From the NCBI GenBank assembly GCA_947586835.1, contig CANPXT010000001.1, forward strand, positions 44,543 through 108,542: a stretch of 64,000 bases of DNA. Reading direction: 5' to 3'. Origin of the DNA: an uncultured Alphaproteobacteria bacterium. Lineage in GTDB: Bacteria; Pseudomonadota; Alphaproteobacteria; CAAHEQ01; UBA3637. The notes beneath the pieces are model-generated. The model saw only the letters and a list, made by a program, of their open reading frames with translations. It did not search any database and was not told the DNA's origin. This document shows positions 1 through 10,250 of the stretch, piece by piece. The position numbers and the translations under genes were made by a program. How positions within the stretch are numbered: position 1 is the first letter of the stretch; every line of letters begins with the position of its first letter.

Positions 1-1078
1 TCAACAACTTGTTTCAAAACCGATTCCTCAAAAAAGACAAGATATTCACCTTGTTTTGGCTTTGGGTATCGCCCAGCTTTATTATTTAAAAACACCTCCG
101 CATGCGGCGGTCGATACAAGTGTTTGCTTGGTGCGCGAAATAAATCACTCTTCTTTTGCAGGGTTTATAAACGGAGTATTACGTTCTTTCGTTCGAAAAT
201 TACCGCAATTAACGGAGCCCTCTGTTTTACTGAATTTGCCACAATGGGTTTATGAAAACTGGTCACAAACTTATTCAAAAGAATACATAAAAAGTTTTGT
301 TGAAACCTTTATGCAAGAAGCACCGCTCGATATTTTCGTTAAAACCAATGCCAATCAATGGGCTGACAAATTAAACGGAACACTTTTACCGACAGGCGGC
401 ATTCGGTGTATTTGCTCGGGCGCCGTAACGCAATTACCGGGATACCCGGAAGGAGCTTGGTGGGTTCAGGAAGCTTCCGCCTCGGTTCCGGCGCAGCTTT
501 TTCCGGATGTGCATGAAAAAAAAGTTGCCGATTTATGTGCCGCGCCGGGCGGAAAAACGGCGCAATTAATTAATCGGGGCGCCGTTGTGGACGCGTTCGA
601 TATTTCAGCTCATCGGCTGGAGCGCTTACGTGAAAATATGAAGCGATTAGGGTTTGAAAAGCGGGTTTCAATTCAATGCACCGATATTTTAACCTTACCT
701 GATGCAGAAATATATGATTGTGTGTTATTAGATGCCCCCTGCTCGGCAACCGGTACCGTTCGTCGCCATCCCGACTTATGGTTTCATTTGTCAAAAGAAG
801 ATATTGTTCGCCTCTCTCGAATGCAGAAAAAATTATTGCAAAAAGCCATCTGTTTAACTCAAAAGGGAGGATATATCGTTTATTCCACCTGTTCGTTGGA
901 AAAAGAAGAAAATGAAGCTGTTATTGAAGCCGTTTTGACAGAAAACAAAAATGTTGTACGCGTTCCTTTGCCGGAAAAATGGCATTCTTTTTTAAACAAG
1001 CAAGGGGCCATACAAATTTTACCAACCCAAAATCAAGACGGATTTTATGCCGTTCTTCTGGAAAAAAGAATCTCTTGA
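1..1078 (+). CDS. rsmB: 16S rRNA m5C967 methyltransferase RsmB/Sun, 5'-truncated at window edge
   Basis: Frame is open from position 2. NusB-like region, then SAM-MTase motifs DLCAAPGGKT and DAPCSATGT and the catalytic TCS. ORF-track start at 56 is an internal TTG. Confidence 0.85.
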   Translation, partial: QQLVSKPIPQKRQDIHLVLALGIAQLYYLKTPPHAAVDTSVCLVREINHSSFAGFINGVLRSFVRKLPQLTEPSVLLNLPQWVYENWSQTYSKEYIKSFVETFMQEAPLDIFVKTNANQWADKLNGTLLPTGGIRCICSGAVTQLPGYPEGAWWVQEASASVPAQLFPDVHEKKVADLCAAPGGKTAQLINRGAVVDAFDISAHRLERLRENMKRLGFEKRVSIQCTDILTLPDAEIYDCVLLDAPCSATGTVRRHPDLWFHLSKEDIVRLSRMQKKLLQKAICLTQKGGYIVYSTCSLEKEENEAVIEAVLTENKNVVRVPLPEKWHSFLNKQGAIQILPTQNQDGFYAVLLEKRIS

Positions 1079-1119
1079 TTAACTGTTTTTTCTGCCTATT
1101 TTTTTAAAAGAGGCAAAAA

Positions 1120-1479
1120 ATGACGCAGATTTTGGTTGTTGAAGATAATGAAATGAATATGCGACTCTTTTCTGATTTACTGAAATCACAAGGGTATGAT
1201 GTGTTACAATGCAATCAGGCTGTTTATGTAATGGATATGATTTTAAAACATCATCCCGATGTTGTTTTAATGGATATTCAACTGCCGTTTATTTCCGGAT
1301 TGGAATTAACACAACGTATTCGTTCCGATCATCGCTTAAAAGAAACAAAAATTATTGCCATATCGGCCTTCGCAATGGATGAAGATAAAAAACGTATTCT
1401 GAAAGCCGGTTGTAACGATTATATATCAAAACCGATTGAATTAAAATCTTTTTTTAAAACAATCCGAAAATGGATATAA
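1120..1479 (+). CDS. divK: single-domain CheY-like response regulator, DivK-like
   Basis: 119-aa receiver domain with the acceptor Asp in VVLMDIQLP. Close resemblance to alphaproteobacterial DivK (VEDNEMNMRLF..., AISAFAM..D, GC.DYISKPI). RBS AGAGG upstream. Confidence 0.75.
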   Translation: MTQILVVEDNEMNMRLFSDLLKSQGYDVLQCNQAVYVMDMILKHHPDVVLMDIQLPFISGLELTQRIRSDHRLKETKIIAISAFAMDEDKKRILKAGCNDYISKPIELKSFFKTIRKWI

Positions 1480-1508
1480 AAAAACCTTTCTTTCGAAAGG
1501 CTTTTTTA
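1478..1508. terminator. bidirectional rho-independent terminator between divK and adhE
   Basis: CCTTTC-tttc-GAAAGG hairpin flanked by an A-run and a T-run. Confidence 0.55.
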
Positions 1509-1529
1509 TTGTTCGCGAAAAACAATTTT

Positions 1530-4142
1530 TTATAAAACGGGTTTACCGTAATAAGCTTCCAAGAACAAGTCTTTAATTTCGCTGATTAACGGATACCGTG
1601 CATTGCATCCCGTGCATTGATCGTCAAACGCTTTCACGGATAAGGCATCAAGCGAAGCCAAGAAAGCCTTTTCATCAACATTCACTTCTTGAATGGACAT
1701 TGGAATATTTACAGCTTTTTTCAAATCTTGAATGGCTTGAATTAAACGCGCGACTTTTTCATCAACCTGCGAATCGGTTAAACCAGTTGTTAAGCCCATG
1801 GCATCGGCAAATTCGGCATATCTCTCTTTAACAAACGGATACCGATATTGCGGAAATGTTCCTTGTTTTGTCGGCGCATCCGTTGCATTATATTTTACCA
1901 CATAGGGCAGTAACAATGCATTTGCCAACCCGTGCGCCACATGAAATTCACCACCGAGTTTGTGCGCCATTGAATGACACAAACCCAAAAAGGCATTTGC
2001 AAACGCTTGCCCGGCCAATGTTGCGGCATAGTGCATTTTTTCCCGCGCTTCGGGGTCTTTGGCACCGTGTTCGTAAGAACGAGGCAAATACTTAAAGACA
2101 AGACGTGCTGCTTCCAACGCCTGCCCGTCGGACAAGTTGTTTGCCATCACGGATGTATAAGCTTCCAACGCGTGTGTTAATACGTCAACGCCCGAAAATG
2201 CCGTTAATCCTTTCGGCATACTCATAGCCAAATCGGGATCAACAATGGCCATATTCGGCAAAATAGCATAGTCGGTAATGGGATATTTTTGGTTGGTTTT
2301 ATCATCGGTAATCACAGTAAACGGTGTGACTTCCGATCCCGTTCCGGATGTGGTCGGAATGGCAACCATTAACGCTTTTGTACCTAATCGCGGAAATTCC
2401 ACAATCCGTTTTCTAATATCCAAAAAGCGCATGGCAATATCTTCAAACGCCAATTCGGGATGTTCATACATAAGCCACACGATTTTAGCGGCATCCATCG
2501 GTGAACCACCGCCGACGGCAATAAACACATCGGGTTCAAACCGTTTGACTTGTTCCAAAATTAAACCGATGGTTGATAAATCAGGATCGGGCTTGACGCT
2601 GTCAAAAACCTGATAACTCATACCGTTCTTTTCCAAAATACCGCCGATACGACCCGTAATACCGATTTGCGTCATCGTTCTATCGGTTACGATAAATGCT
2701 TTTTTACGTCCTTGTAATTCAGCCAACGCAAAATCAAGGCTGCCCCGTTTAAAATAAATTTTTTCAGGTGTTTTAAACCAGAGCATGTTTTCACGGCGTT
2801 CCGCCACGGATTTGATATTCATCAGATGTTTCACTCCTATATTTTCACTGACGGAATTACCGCCCCAAGAACCGCACCCCAATGTTAACGACGGCGGCAG
2901 TCTGAAATTGTATAAATCACCGATAGCACCCTGCGATGAAGGCATATTAATTAATGTTCTGCCGGTAGTCAATGTCTCGCGGAACAATTTAATTCGATCT
3001 TGATTCGACTCGGCCGTATATAAGACCGACGTATGCCCGGCACCGCCGATGACAATAAGCTTTTGAGCATCTTGCACAGCCTCTTCAAATGTTTTGGCTT
3101 TAAAAAAGCCTAAAATCGGCGACAACTTTTCATGTGCAAACGGATTGGCTTCATCAATTTCTTTGGATTCCACCAATAACACTTTGGTTGTAAACGGAAC
3201 TTTAATACCGGCCATTTCCGCGATTTTGGCTGCCGGTTGTCCGACAATGGCAGAATTGAGTTTTCCGTCCTTAAAAATTAATCCTTTTAATTTTTTCTTT
3301 TCCGATTCATTCAAAAAGACGCATCCGCGTTTAATGAATTCGGCTTTAATGTCATCATAAACGGATTCTAACGCCACAACCGCCTGCTCGGAAGCACAAA
3401 TCATGCCGTTATCAAACGTTTTACTCATAATCACGCTGCTGACAGCCATTTGCAAATCGGCCGTTTCGTCAATCACAACCGGCGTATTTCCGGCACCGAC
3501 ACCGATAGCCGGTGTACCGGACGAATAAGCCGCCTTTACCATTCCCGGTCCGCCGGTTGCCAAAATTAAAGAAATATCTTTATGCCCCATTAAATAACCT
3601 GTAACGGCCGGTGTTATTTCTTCCAATCCGGCAATAATATCTTTCGGAGCACCGGCTTTAACGGCTGCATCCAAAACAATTTTAGCCGCTGCATTCGTAC
3701 AATTAATCGCACGAGGATGTGGGGCAAAAATAATACCGTTTCTGGTTTTTAAAGCAAGCAATGATTTAAAAATAGCGGTTGATGTGGGGTTTGTTGTCGG
3801 AACAATACCGGCAATCAAGCCGACCGGTTCTGCAATTTGCGTATAACCGTGTTCCACATCTTGGCAAACAACACCGCACGTTTTTGTATTTTTATATGCA
3901 TTATAAATATATTCCGCCGCAAAATGATTTTTAATAACTTTATCTTCCGTAACGCCCATACCGGTTTCCTGAACCGCTGCCTGCGCCAAAGGAATACGTT
4001 GAGACGCTGCCGCCAATGCTGCAGCTTTAAAAATAACGTCAACCTGCTCTTGGGAATAAGTCGCATAAACGGCTTGTGCTTTTTTGACTCGTTCGACAAG
4101 CAAATCAACTTTCTTTTTTTGTTCTTCTGTTAAATCAGCCAT
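1530..4142 (-). CDS. adhE: bifunctional acetaldehyde-CoA/alcohol dehydrogenase AdhE
   Basis: 870 aa. N-terminal ALDH domain and C-terminal Fe-ADH domain with a GGGSPMD-like motif. Typical AdhE length and start (MADLTEEQ...). Confidence 0.9.
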   Translation of the reverse strand: MADLTEEQKKKVDLLVERVKKAQAVYATYSQEQVDVIFKAAALAAASQRIPLAQAAVQETGMGVTEDKVIKNHFAAEYIYNAYKNTKTCGVVCQDVEHGYTQIAEPVGLIAGIVPTTNPTSTAIFKSLLALKTRNGIIFAPHPRAINCTNAAAKIVLDAAVKAGAPKDIIAGLEEITPAVTGYLMGHKDISLILATGGPGMVKAAYSSGTPAIGVGAGNTPVVIDETADLQMAVSSVIMSKTFDNGMICASEQAVVALESVYDDIKAEFIKRGCVFLNESEKKKLKGLIFKDGKLNSAIVGQPAAKIAEMAGIKVPFTTKVLLVESKEIDEANPFAHEKLSPILGFFKAKTFEEAVQDAQKLIVIGGAGHTSVLYTAESNQDRIKLFRETLTTGRTLINMPSSQGAIGDLYNFRLPPSLTLGCGSWGGNSVSENIGVKHLMNIKSVAERRENMLWFKTPEKIYFKRGSLDFALAELQGRKKAFIVTDRTMTQIGITGRIGGILEKNGMSYQVFDSVKPDPDLSTIGLILEQVKRFEPDVFIAVGGGSPMDAAKIVWLMYEHPELAFEDIAMRFLDIRKRIVEFPRLGTKALMVAIPTTSGTGSEVTPFTVITDDKTNQKYPITDYAILPNMAIVDPDLAMSMPKGLTAFSGVDVLTHALEAYTSVMANNLSDGQALEAARLVFKYLPRSYEHGAKDPEAREKMHYAATLAGQAFANAFLGLCHSMAHKLGGEFHVAHGLANALLLPYVVKYNATDAPTKQGTFPQYRYPFVKERYAEFADAMGLTTGLTDSQVDEKVARLIQAIQDLKKAVNIPMSIQEVNVDEKAFLASLDALSVKAFDDQCTGCNARYPLISEIKDLFLEAYYGKPVL

Positions 4143-4287
4143 AGAATTCTCCTCACAAAAATAAACATTTTTCGCGTTTAGTATATTTGTTTTTGAAAAA
4201 TAAGCAAGTTATTTTAACAAAATTTTGAAAATTCTTTTTGTGCTGCGTTAACAAATATTTTATCCGATACAAAAAAATTCAGATAAG

Positions 4288-4896
4288 TTATTGTTTTGTA
4301 ACAATAACCATTGCTTCTCTCAACACACGGTCACCTCCGATGGTATAACCGCTTTGCAATTCTTGCACAATGGTACCCGGCTCTTTTTCATTATTTTCCA
4401 CTTCTTGAATTACTTTATGTAAATTAGGATCAAAAATTGTGCCGAGAGCTTCCATTTTTCGAATCTGATGTTGTTCAAAAACGGTTTGAAGCTGTTTTTG
4501 CGTCATTTCCACACCTTTAAGCAGATTAATTAAAAACGAATCACAATCGGTGTGTGCTTCCTTTGCTTTTTCAATTTCTTTTTGAGCATAGTCTATGGCG
4601 TTGGATAAATAATCGGCAACCGGCAACAAATCACGCGCAAAAGAGGCATTGGCATAGCGATTGGCTTTTTCAATATCGAGTTGAGTCCGTTTGCGCAAAT
4701 TTTCCATTTCCGCCTGCGCCCGCATGGCTAAATCTTTCCATTTTTCCAACTCTTCGTTTTGAGATGATGAATCGGCTGTTTCTTTCGGTGTTATTTCAGC
4801 CGAATCCGTTGCGTTTTTTTCCGTTTCTTTTTCCTGTGTTGTCTCAATGGATTCCGGTGATGCGTTTTGTTGTTTATGATGATGTTTATGACTCAT
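4288..4896 (-). CDS. grpE: nucleotide exchange factor GrpE (His-rich N-terminus)
   Basis: GrpE coiled-coil and C-terminal beta domain (…GTIVQELQSGY…). Start moved to the ATG at 4896 (MSHKHHHK), which has an AAGGA RBS. The ORF-track extension to 4947 is AT-rich with no RBS. Confidence 0.85.
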   Translation of the reverse strand: MSHKHHHKQQNASPESIETTQEKETEKNATDSAEITPKETADSSSQNEELEKWKDLAMRAQAEMENLRKRTQLDIEKANRYANASFARDLLPVADYLSNAIDYAQKEIEKAKEAHTDCDSFLINLLKGVEMTQKQLQTVFEQHQIRKMEALGTIFDPNLHKVIQEVENNEKEPGTIVQELQSGYTIGGDRVLREAMVIVTKQ

Positions 4897-5012
4897 AATA
4901 ATCCTTTCCGAATAAAATAATATGAATATGCTTATATGTAGAAGCAAGTCATATAAAAATCAAGAGAAAAATTAAAAAAAATTTAATTTCAAGACAGAAT
5001 TATGAAAAAAAC

Positions 5013-5041
5013 TTGCATAAATCAATGAAACGGCATAATAT
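5013..5041 (+). promoter_or_regulatory. putative sigma70 promoter of rph (TTGCAT-17-TAATAT)
   Basis: -35/-10 hexamers with a 17-nt spacer, about 30 nt upstream of the RBS AAAGGAG. Confidence 0.3.
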
Positions 5042-5071
5042 ACGTTAAATTCATATTAAAAGGAGAAAAAA

Positions 5072-5800
5072 ATGACAAGATCCGCCAATCGACAACCCAA
5101 TGAACTGCGTCACGTTGAATTGATTATCAACGCAAACAAACATGCGGAAGGCTCCTGCTTAATCAAATGCGGTGACACACATGTTTTGTGTACGGCAACA
5201 GTGGAAGACAAAGTGCCGGTATGGGTTAAAAATACCGGTCAAGGTTGGATTACCGCCGAATACGGTATGTTGCCGCGTGCAACGGGTGTTCGAACGGACA
5301 GAGAAGCCAAAAAAGGACAATCTGGTCGCACGCAAGAAATTCAACGTCTCATCGGTCGGGCTTTAAGAGCCGGTGTAGATTTACGCGCACTGGATGGTTT
5401 TTGCATTAAAATTGATTGCGATGTATTACAAGCGGACGGCGGCACGCGAACAGCTTCCGTTACGGGTGGCTTTGTTGCGCTTTACTTAGCCTGTCAATAT
5501 TTAAAAAAAGCCGAAAAAATTAAAAAATTTCCGATTAAACAAATGATTGCCGCGGTTTCCTGCGGAATTGTGCAAGGCATTCCCGTTTTAGATTTAGATT
5601 ATATGGAAGATTCAAACGCCGGAACCGATTCGAATTTTGTTATGACAGATCATAATGAGTTGATTGAAATTCAAGGAACAGCTGAACATGGCACATTTAC
5701 GCCGCAAGAATTAACTGAATTATTGACACTGGCACAAAAAGGCATTCACGAATTAATTGAAAAGCAAAAAGCCGTTTTAAATATAGAAAATAAGGAATAA
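5072..5800 (+). CDS. rph: ribonuclease PH
   Basis: 242 aa. Matches RNase PH throughout ([26 protein letters not shown]). Confidence 0.95.
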   Translation: MTRSANRQPNELRHVELIINANKHAEGSCLIKCGDTHVLCTATVEDKVPVWVKNTGQGWITAEYGMLPRATGVRTDREAKKGQSGRTQEIQRLIGRALRAGVDLRALDGFCIKIDCDVLQADGGTRTASVTGGFVALYLACQYLKKAEKIKKFPIKQMIAAVSCGIVQGIPVLDLDYMEDSNAGTDSNFVMTDHNELIEIQGTAEHGTFTPQELTELLTLAQKGIHELIEKQKAVLNIENKE

Positions 5801-5802
5801 AA

Positions 5803-6390
5803 ATGAAAACTTTTGTTTTAGCGTCACATAATACGCATAAATTAGAAGAAATACAACGTATTTTATTACCGCTGAACATTCAAATTATCGATTCCAAAAC
5901 GGCGCATTTGCCCGATGTAATCGAAACGGGTGAAACTTTTAAGGAAAATGCCGTTTTAAAAGCAACGGAAGGATTTAAACAAACAAAAATGCCCGTTTTG
6001 GCAGATGATTCGGGCTTGTGTATTTCGGCTCTCAATGATGCGCCGGGTGTTTATTCGGCACGGTTTGCAGCCAAACACGGCGGTTTTCCTGCCGTTTTTG
6101 ATGTTTTAAACGAGCAGTTAAAAGAAAAGCCGAATCGCAAAGCGCATTATGTATGCGTGATTGCTTTAGCCATGAGCGAAACCCAAGTTTACACATTTGA
6201 GGGAGAAATGCACGGGACTTTGGCTTTATCGCCCGAAGGAACAAACGGTTTCGGTTATGATCCGCTTTTTATTCCCGACGGATACCGTAAAACGCTGGGG
6301 TGTATTTCGGCGGAAGAAAAAAATAAAATTTCTCATCGAGCCAAGGCATTGGAAAAGTTATTTGAATTTTTGAAAACGCAACACTTATAA
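5803..6390 (+). CDS. rdgB: non-canonical purine NTP pyrophosphatase RdgB/HAM1
   Basis: 195 aa. Ham1 motifs (SHNxHK, FxENAxLKA, GFGYDPLF). Conserved rph-rdgB pairing. Confidence 0.9.
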   Translation: MKTFVLASHNTHKLEEIQRILLPLNIQIIDSKTAHLPDVIETGETFKENAVLKATEGFKQTKMPVLADDSGLCISALNDAPGVYSARFAAKHGGFPAVFDVLNEQLKEKPNRKAHYVCVIALAMSETQVYTFEGEMHGTLALSPEGTNGFGYDPLFIPDGYRKTLGCISAEEKNKISHRAKALEKLFEFLKTQHL

Positions 6391-6415
6391 AATAAAAATC
6401 CATTAATTGTAAAAA

Positions 6416-7708
6416 TTATTGATCATAAATTGCACTGTCATATTCGGAAAAATATTTATTAACGGCTCTTACCAACGCTTCGCTTAATTTTTGCCGATAC
6501 GATGCTTTTTGTAATTGTGATTCTTCCGTACGATTGGACAAATAGCCCATTTCCAGTAAAACTGCCGGAACACTCGGTGATTTTAACACGGCAAACCCGG
6601 CATGTCGATGCGGTTGCGGTAACGTATGAACGGCTTTACGCATTTCGGTTGCCAGCAAATCGGCATATCGACGGGATTGCTTCATGGTTTCGCCTTGTGC
6701 CAAATCAATTAAAACCATACTGGCATCTTGTTTCACATCCCCCAAATCCATTTCAAACAAAATATCCGATTTATTTTCCCGTTCCGCCAAAGCCGCAGCC
6801 TCTTTATCCGATGATGTTTCGGAAAGCGTGTAAACCGATAAACCTTTGGCAGAAGAATTGGTGGAACTGTCGGCATGAATGGATATAAACAAATCTGCTT
6901 GAGCCTGATGCGCTTTCTTAACACGACCGCGTAAAGAAATATACACGTCGGAATCGCGAGTCAAAACCACTTTATAACCGGCTTTTTCCAATAATTTTCT
7001 GGTTTCGCGCCCCATTTTAAGCGTTAAATCTTTTTCATAATGACCCGTTTTTGAAATGGCTCCCGGATCTTTCCCACCATGTCCGGGATCAAGCATCACG
7101 ATATGTTTTTTCATTTTATTAAACGGTTGCAAGCCTACCTTCACGTCGGTTGATTTTTTGGCTGGCGGCGTTTTTTGAGGCTTATTCACGGCTTTAATAC
7201 CGGAAGAATTCTCTTTTGTTTTCATCAGCGGCACACGCGAAGAAGTTGGGTTTGTCGGAGCGGTTAACGATTTAATACCGACCGATGAAGCCCCTTTTTC
7301 ATCGCCGCGCAAATCAACGACATAGCGCCAAATACCCCCTGTTTGACCAACTTGCGGCGGCAAAATAAACTCTCGGGTAACACTTACTTTTTTTTGTAAA
7401 TCAAAAACCAACCGCGACACATTTCCCGTGTGTGTTCCGAATCGCACGCTTTTAACCAATGTGTTGGTGGGATAATTTTTTTGCTTTATGTTATCGGGTA
7501 CGGTTAATTTTTCCACATCAAACACCAATCTGTCGGGATTTGATAAAAATTGATGCTTAAAATCTGTTCGATCATCCGTTTCGACAACAATTCGCACATC
7601 ACCCGTTTCAAAATTGGCAAAACGAATGTCTTTCACTGTTGCCGCGAATGTTTGAATACAATACAAACAGCCTATTAAAGCAAAAATCCATACTTTTTTC
7701 AGTGTCAT
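6416..7708 (-). CDS. amiC: N-acetylmuramoyl-L-alanine amidase with N-terminal AMIN domain (AmiC type)
   Basis: Signal peptide, AMIN domain, then Amidase_3 motifs (DPGHGG, HADS). Confidence 0.8.
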   Translation of the reverse strand: MTLKKVWIFALIGCLYCIQTFAATVKDIRFANFETGDVRIVVETDDRTDFKHQFLSNPDRLVFDVEKLTVPDNIKQKNYPTNTLVKSVRFGTHTGNVSRLVFDLQKKVSVTREFILPPQVGQTGGIWRYVVDLRGDEKGASSVGIKSLTAPTNPTSSRVPLMKTKENSSGIKAVNKPQKTPPAKKSTDVKVGLQPFNKMKKHIVMLDPGHGGKDPGAISKTGHYEKDLTLKMGRETRKLLEKAGYKVVLTRDSDVYISLRGRVKKAHQAQADLFISIHADSSTNSSAKGLSVYTLSETSSDKEAAALAERENKSDILFEMDLGDVKQDASMVLIDLAQGETMKQSRRYADLLATEMRKAVHTLPQPHRHAGFAVLKSPSVPAVLLEMGYLSNRTEESQLQKASYRQKLSEALVRAVNKYFSEYDSAIYDQ

Positions 7709-7741
7709 TTCTTTAAATAATAAAAAAGGTGTAAAAAAAAC

Positions 7742-7770
7742 TTGCTTATTTATTCATATACCGATATAAT
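7742..7770 (+). promoter_or_regulatory. putative sigma70 promoter of rne (TTGCTT-17-TATAAT) giving a ~180-nt leader
   Basis: Consensus -10, good -35 and a 17-nt spacer. A long 5' UTR is typical of autoregulated rne. Confidence 0.4.
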
Positions 7771-7959
7771 AAAAAAAGCAATCAAAAATATGATTGTCCA
7801 AACTATTTTTTAAACAAACCGAAACGGATGAACAATGCAATCATTTATTCTTTCGCCTTATTTTTGGAAATTTCCGATTAGAATCGGTTTGTTTTCTGAT
7901 TTTTCGTTGCTTTTCCACAAAGCAATGACTTCACCTATTATTTTAAAGGATTATTATTT

Positions 7960-10194
7960 ATGTCAAAAAAAATGCTTATTGATGCCACGCATCCCGAAGA
8001 GACGCGTGTCGTTGTTGTTGAAAACGGGAGGGTTGAAGAATTAGATGTTGATACCTCCACCAAAAAACAAATTAAAGGAAATATTTATTTAGCCAAAATC
8101 ATTCGTGTTGAACCTTCTTTGCAAGCGGCGTTTGTCGATTACGGCGGAAACAAACACGGTTTTTTGGCTTTCGGCGAAATTCATCCCGATTATTATCAAA
8201 TTCCCGTTGCGGACAGAGAAGCTTTAAAAGCCATGATTGCCGCCAAACAGGAAGAAGAGGAAATTGATCCGGTTTCTGATAAAAGCGATGATGTGGAAGT
8301 CATCAGTGAATCGGAAGAAACGCCGCGGCAACGTATGTATTTTTACAAAAAATACAAAATCCAAGAAGTTATTCGTCAAGGGCAGGTTATGCTGGTTCAG
8401 GTTGTGAAAGAAGAACGCGGCAATAAAGGGGCCGCTTTAACAACTTATTTGTCGCTGGCCGGACGATACAGCGTTTTAATGCCGAATAACGGAAAAGGCG
8501 GTGGTGTCTCTCGTAAAATTACAAATATCAAAGACAGAAAATCGCTGCGAACCATTGTTGATAAATTACCCATTCCGCAAGGAATGAGCGTGATTATTCG
8601 CACGGCCGGACAAGGTAAAACGAAAACGGAAATTAAACGCGATTATGACTATTTAATTAAAACATGGATGAAAATTCGGGAAAATACACTTGAATCATTG
8701 GCACCGAAGCTTATTCATGAAGAAGGCGATATTATTAAACGTTCTTTACGCGATGTTTTTTCACCGGATATTGATGAAGTATGGGTGGAAGGCGAAAGTG
8801 TCTTTAAGTCTATTAAAGATTTCATGAAAATGTTAATGCCGGGGCAAGCTAAAAAAGTCAAACAATACAAAGGAGAAGATCCGCTCTTTTTGGTTAATCA
8901 GGTTGAATCGCAGTTAGAGGCCATTCACAGCAACATCGTTCAATTAAAATCGGGCGGTTATTTGGTGATTGATCAAACGGAAGCTTTGGTTGCGGTTGAT
9001 GTAAACTCCGGTCGAGCAACCAGAGAACATGATATAGAAGAAACGGCATTGCGCACGAATTTGGAAACGTGTGACGAACTTGCGCGTCAATTACGGTTAC
9101 GCGATTTGGCAGGCTTAATCGTGATTGACTTTATCGATATGGATGAAGCCAAAAACAATGCGACCGTGGAACGTCATTTAAAAGAAGCTTTAAAACGTGA
9201 CCGCGCCCGTATACAAGTCGGGAAAATGTCGGGTTTCGGGTTAATGGAAATGTCCCGCCAACGCCTGCATTCCAGCTTTTTGGAAAGCAGTTATCATTTA
9301 TGCCCGCATTGCGCCGGTAAAGGAATGATTCGTTCGGTTGAATCCTGTGCCATGCACGCTTTACATATTTTGGAAGAGGCCTGTTTGAAAAACAGAGAAA
9401 CAAATATTGTTTTATCCTTACCGCAAGCGGTGGCCACATATGTGTTAAATAACAAGCGTAAAAATTTGGTGGATATGGAAAAGCGATATGCCTGTTCCGT
9501 AACCATTTCGGTAGATGACACCATTGAAAAAATATCCGATTATAAATTAGAGCGTATAAGAGAAGACGGCGAATGTGTCAATTTATCTTTAACGGCACAT
9601 TATTCCAAAACAAACGATAAAAAACAAAGCGATTTTGCCAAACGCAATAAAGGAATCGCGGAAGAAGTGTCAACGGAAAAATCAACGCAATCGAACGAAA
9701 CTGATGACGATAACTCTTTCTTCGGAAATCGGAAAGGGAAAAATCGGCGGCGGTACGAATGGCGCAAAAAACGGCGCGAACGACGCGAACATTTTACCGA
9801 ATCCGAATTGAGCGATGAAAGTATCATTGAAACACCGACAACTGAAGAACATTTTACGGTTGTGGAACAACAATCACTTGATACTTTTAATGAAACTCCT
9901 CTGCCGGTTGAATCATCCGAAGCAAGCACTCCGATTACCAATGAGGAAGGGGTTCGCAACAATCGGTTTAATAAAAAAGCACCGAAAAAATATCGCTCGT
10001 TTAAGAGTCGACATGCGGCCAAAATGCAAAGAGAAGCCGAAAATGCTCAAATGACAGCCGAACCGTCCGTTTCAATGCAAAACACTCATCCGTCCGTGAC
10101 GGAAGCATTAGAAACCGTTGCAACGCCGATAACGGAACCGAAAAAGAAAAAACGGGGTTGGTGGAATAAATTGGTTAACTCCGATGAAGCTTAA
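7960..10194 (+). CDS. rne: ribonuclease E
   Basis: 744 aa. S1/RNase E catalytic N-terminal half (VDVNSGR…, CPHCAGKG zinc link) plus an Arg/Glu-rich unstructured C-terminal tail. Confidence 0.9.
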   Translation: MSKKMLIDATHPEETRVVVVENGRVEELDVDTSTKKQIKGNIYLAKIIRVEPSLQAAFVDYGGNKHGFLAFGEIHPDYYQIPVADREALKAMIAAKQEEEEIDPVSDKSDDVEVISESEETPRQRMYFYKKYKIQEVIRQGQVMLVQVVKEERGNKGAALTTYLSLAGRYSVLMPNNGKGGGVSRKITNIKDRKSLRTIVDKLPIPQGMSVIIRTAGQGKTKTEIKRDYDYLIKTWMKIRENTLESLAPKLIHEEGDIIKRSLRDVFSPDIDEVWVEGESVFKSIKDFMKMLMPGQAKKVKQYKGEDPLFLVNQVESQLEAIHSNIVQLKSGGYLVIDQTEALVAVDVNSGRATREHDIEETALRTNLETCDELARQLRLRDLAGLIVIDFIDMDEAKNNATVERHLKEALKRDRARIQVGKMSGFGLMEMSRQRLHSSFLESSYHLCPHCAGKGMIRSVESCAMHALHILEEACLKNRETNIVLSLPQAVATYVLNNKRKNLVDMEKRYACSVTISVDDTIEKISDYKLERIREDGECVNLSLTAHYSKTNDKKQSDFAKRNKGIAEEVSTEKSTQSNETDDDNSFFGNRKGKNRRRYEWRKKRRERREHFTESELSDESIIETPTTEEHFTVVEQQSLDTFNETPLPVESSEASTPITNEEGVRNNRFNKKAPKKYRSFKSRHAAKMQREAENAQMTAEPSVSMQNTHPSVTEALETVATPITEPKKKKRGWWNKLVNSDEA

Positions 10195-10217
10195 GACCTA
10201 AACGAAAAGCTCAAAAA

Positions 10218-10248
10218 AACGGCAGAAATAACACTGCCGTTTTTTTTA
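10218..10248. terminator. bidirectional rho-independent terminator (rne / RND pump, convergent)
   Basis: AACGGCAG-loop-CTGCCGTT with an A-run before and T8 after. Confidence 0.65.
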
Positions 10249-10250
10249 TA

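Noticed and set aside
1598-4133. Eight ORFs of 60-111 aa on both strands inside adhE
   Set aside because: They lie entirely within, and mostly antisense to, a confidently identified 870-aa AdhE. They are low-complexity and have no RBS, so they are frame noise.
4897-4947. 17-codon N-terminal extension of grpE in the ORF track
   Set aside because: AT-rich with no RBS. The internal ATG at 4896 has an AAGGA SD and gives a normal GrpE N-terminus.
7835-8044. 69-aa + strand ORF overlapping the rne start
   Set aside because: It overlaps the rne initiation region in another frame and has no RBS or conservation signal. The interval is the rne leader.
9131-10054. Five 63-140-aa ORFs within the rne 3' half
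   Set aside because: They are antisense or out-of-frame translations of the Arg/Glu-rich RNase E tail, a compositional artefact.
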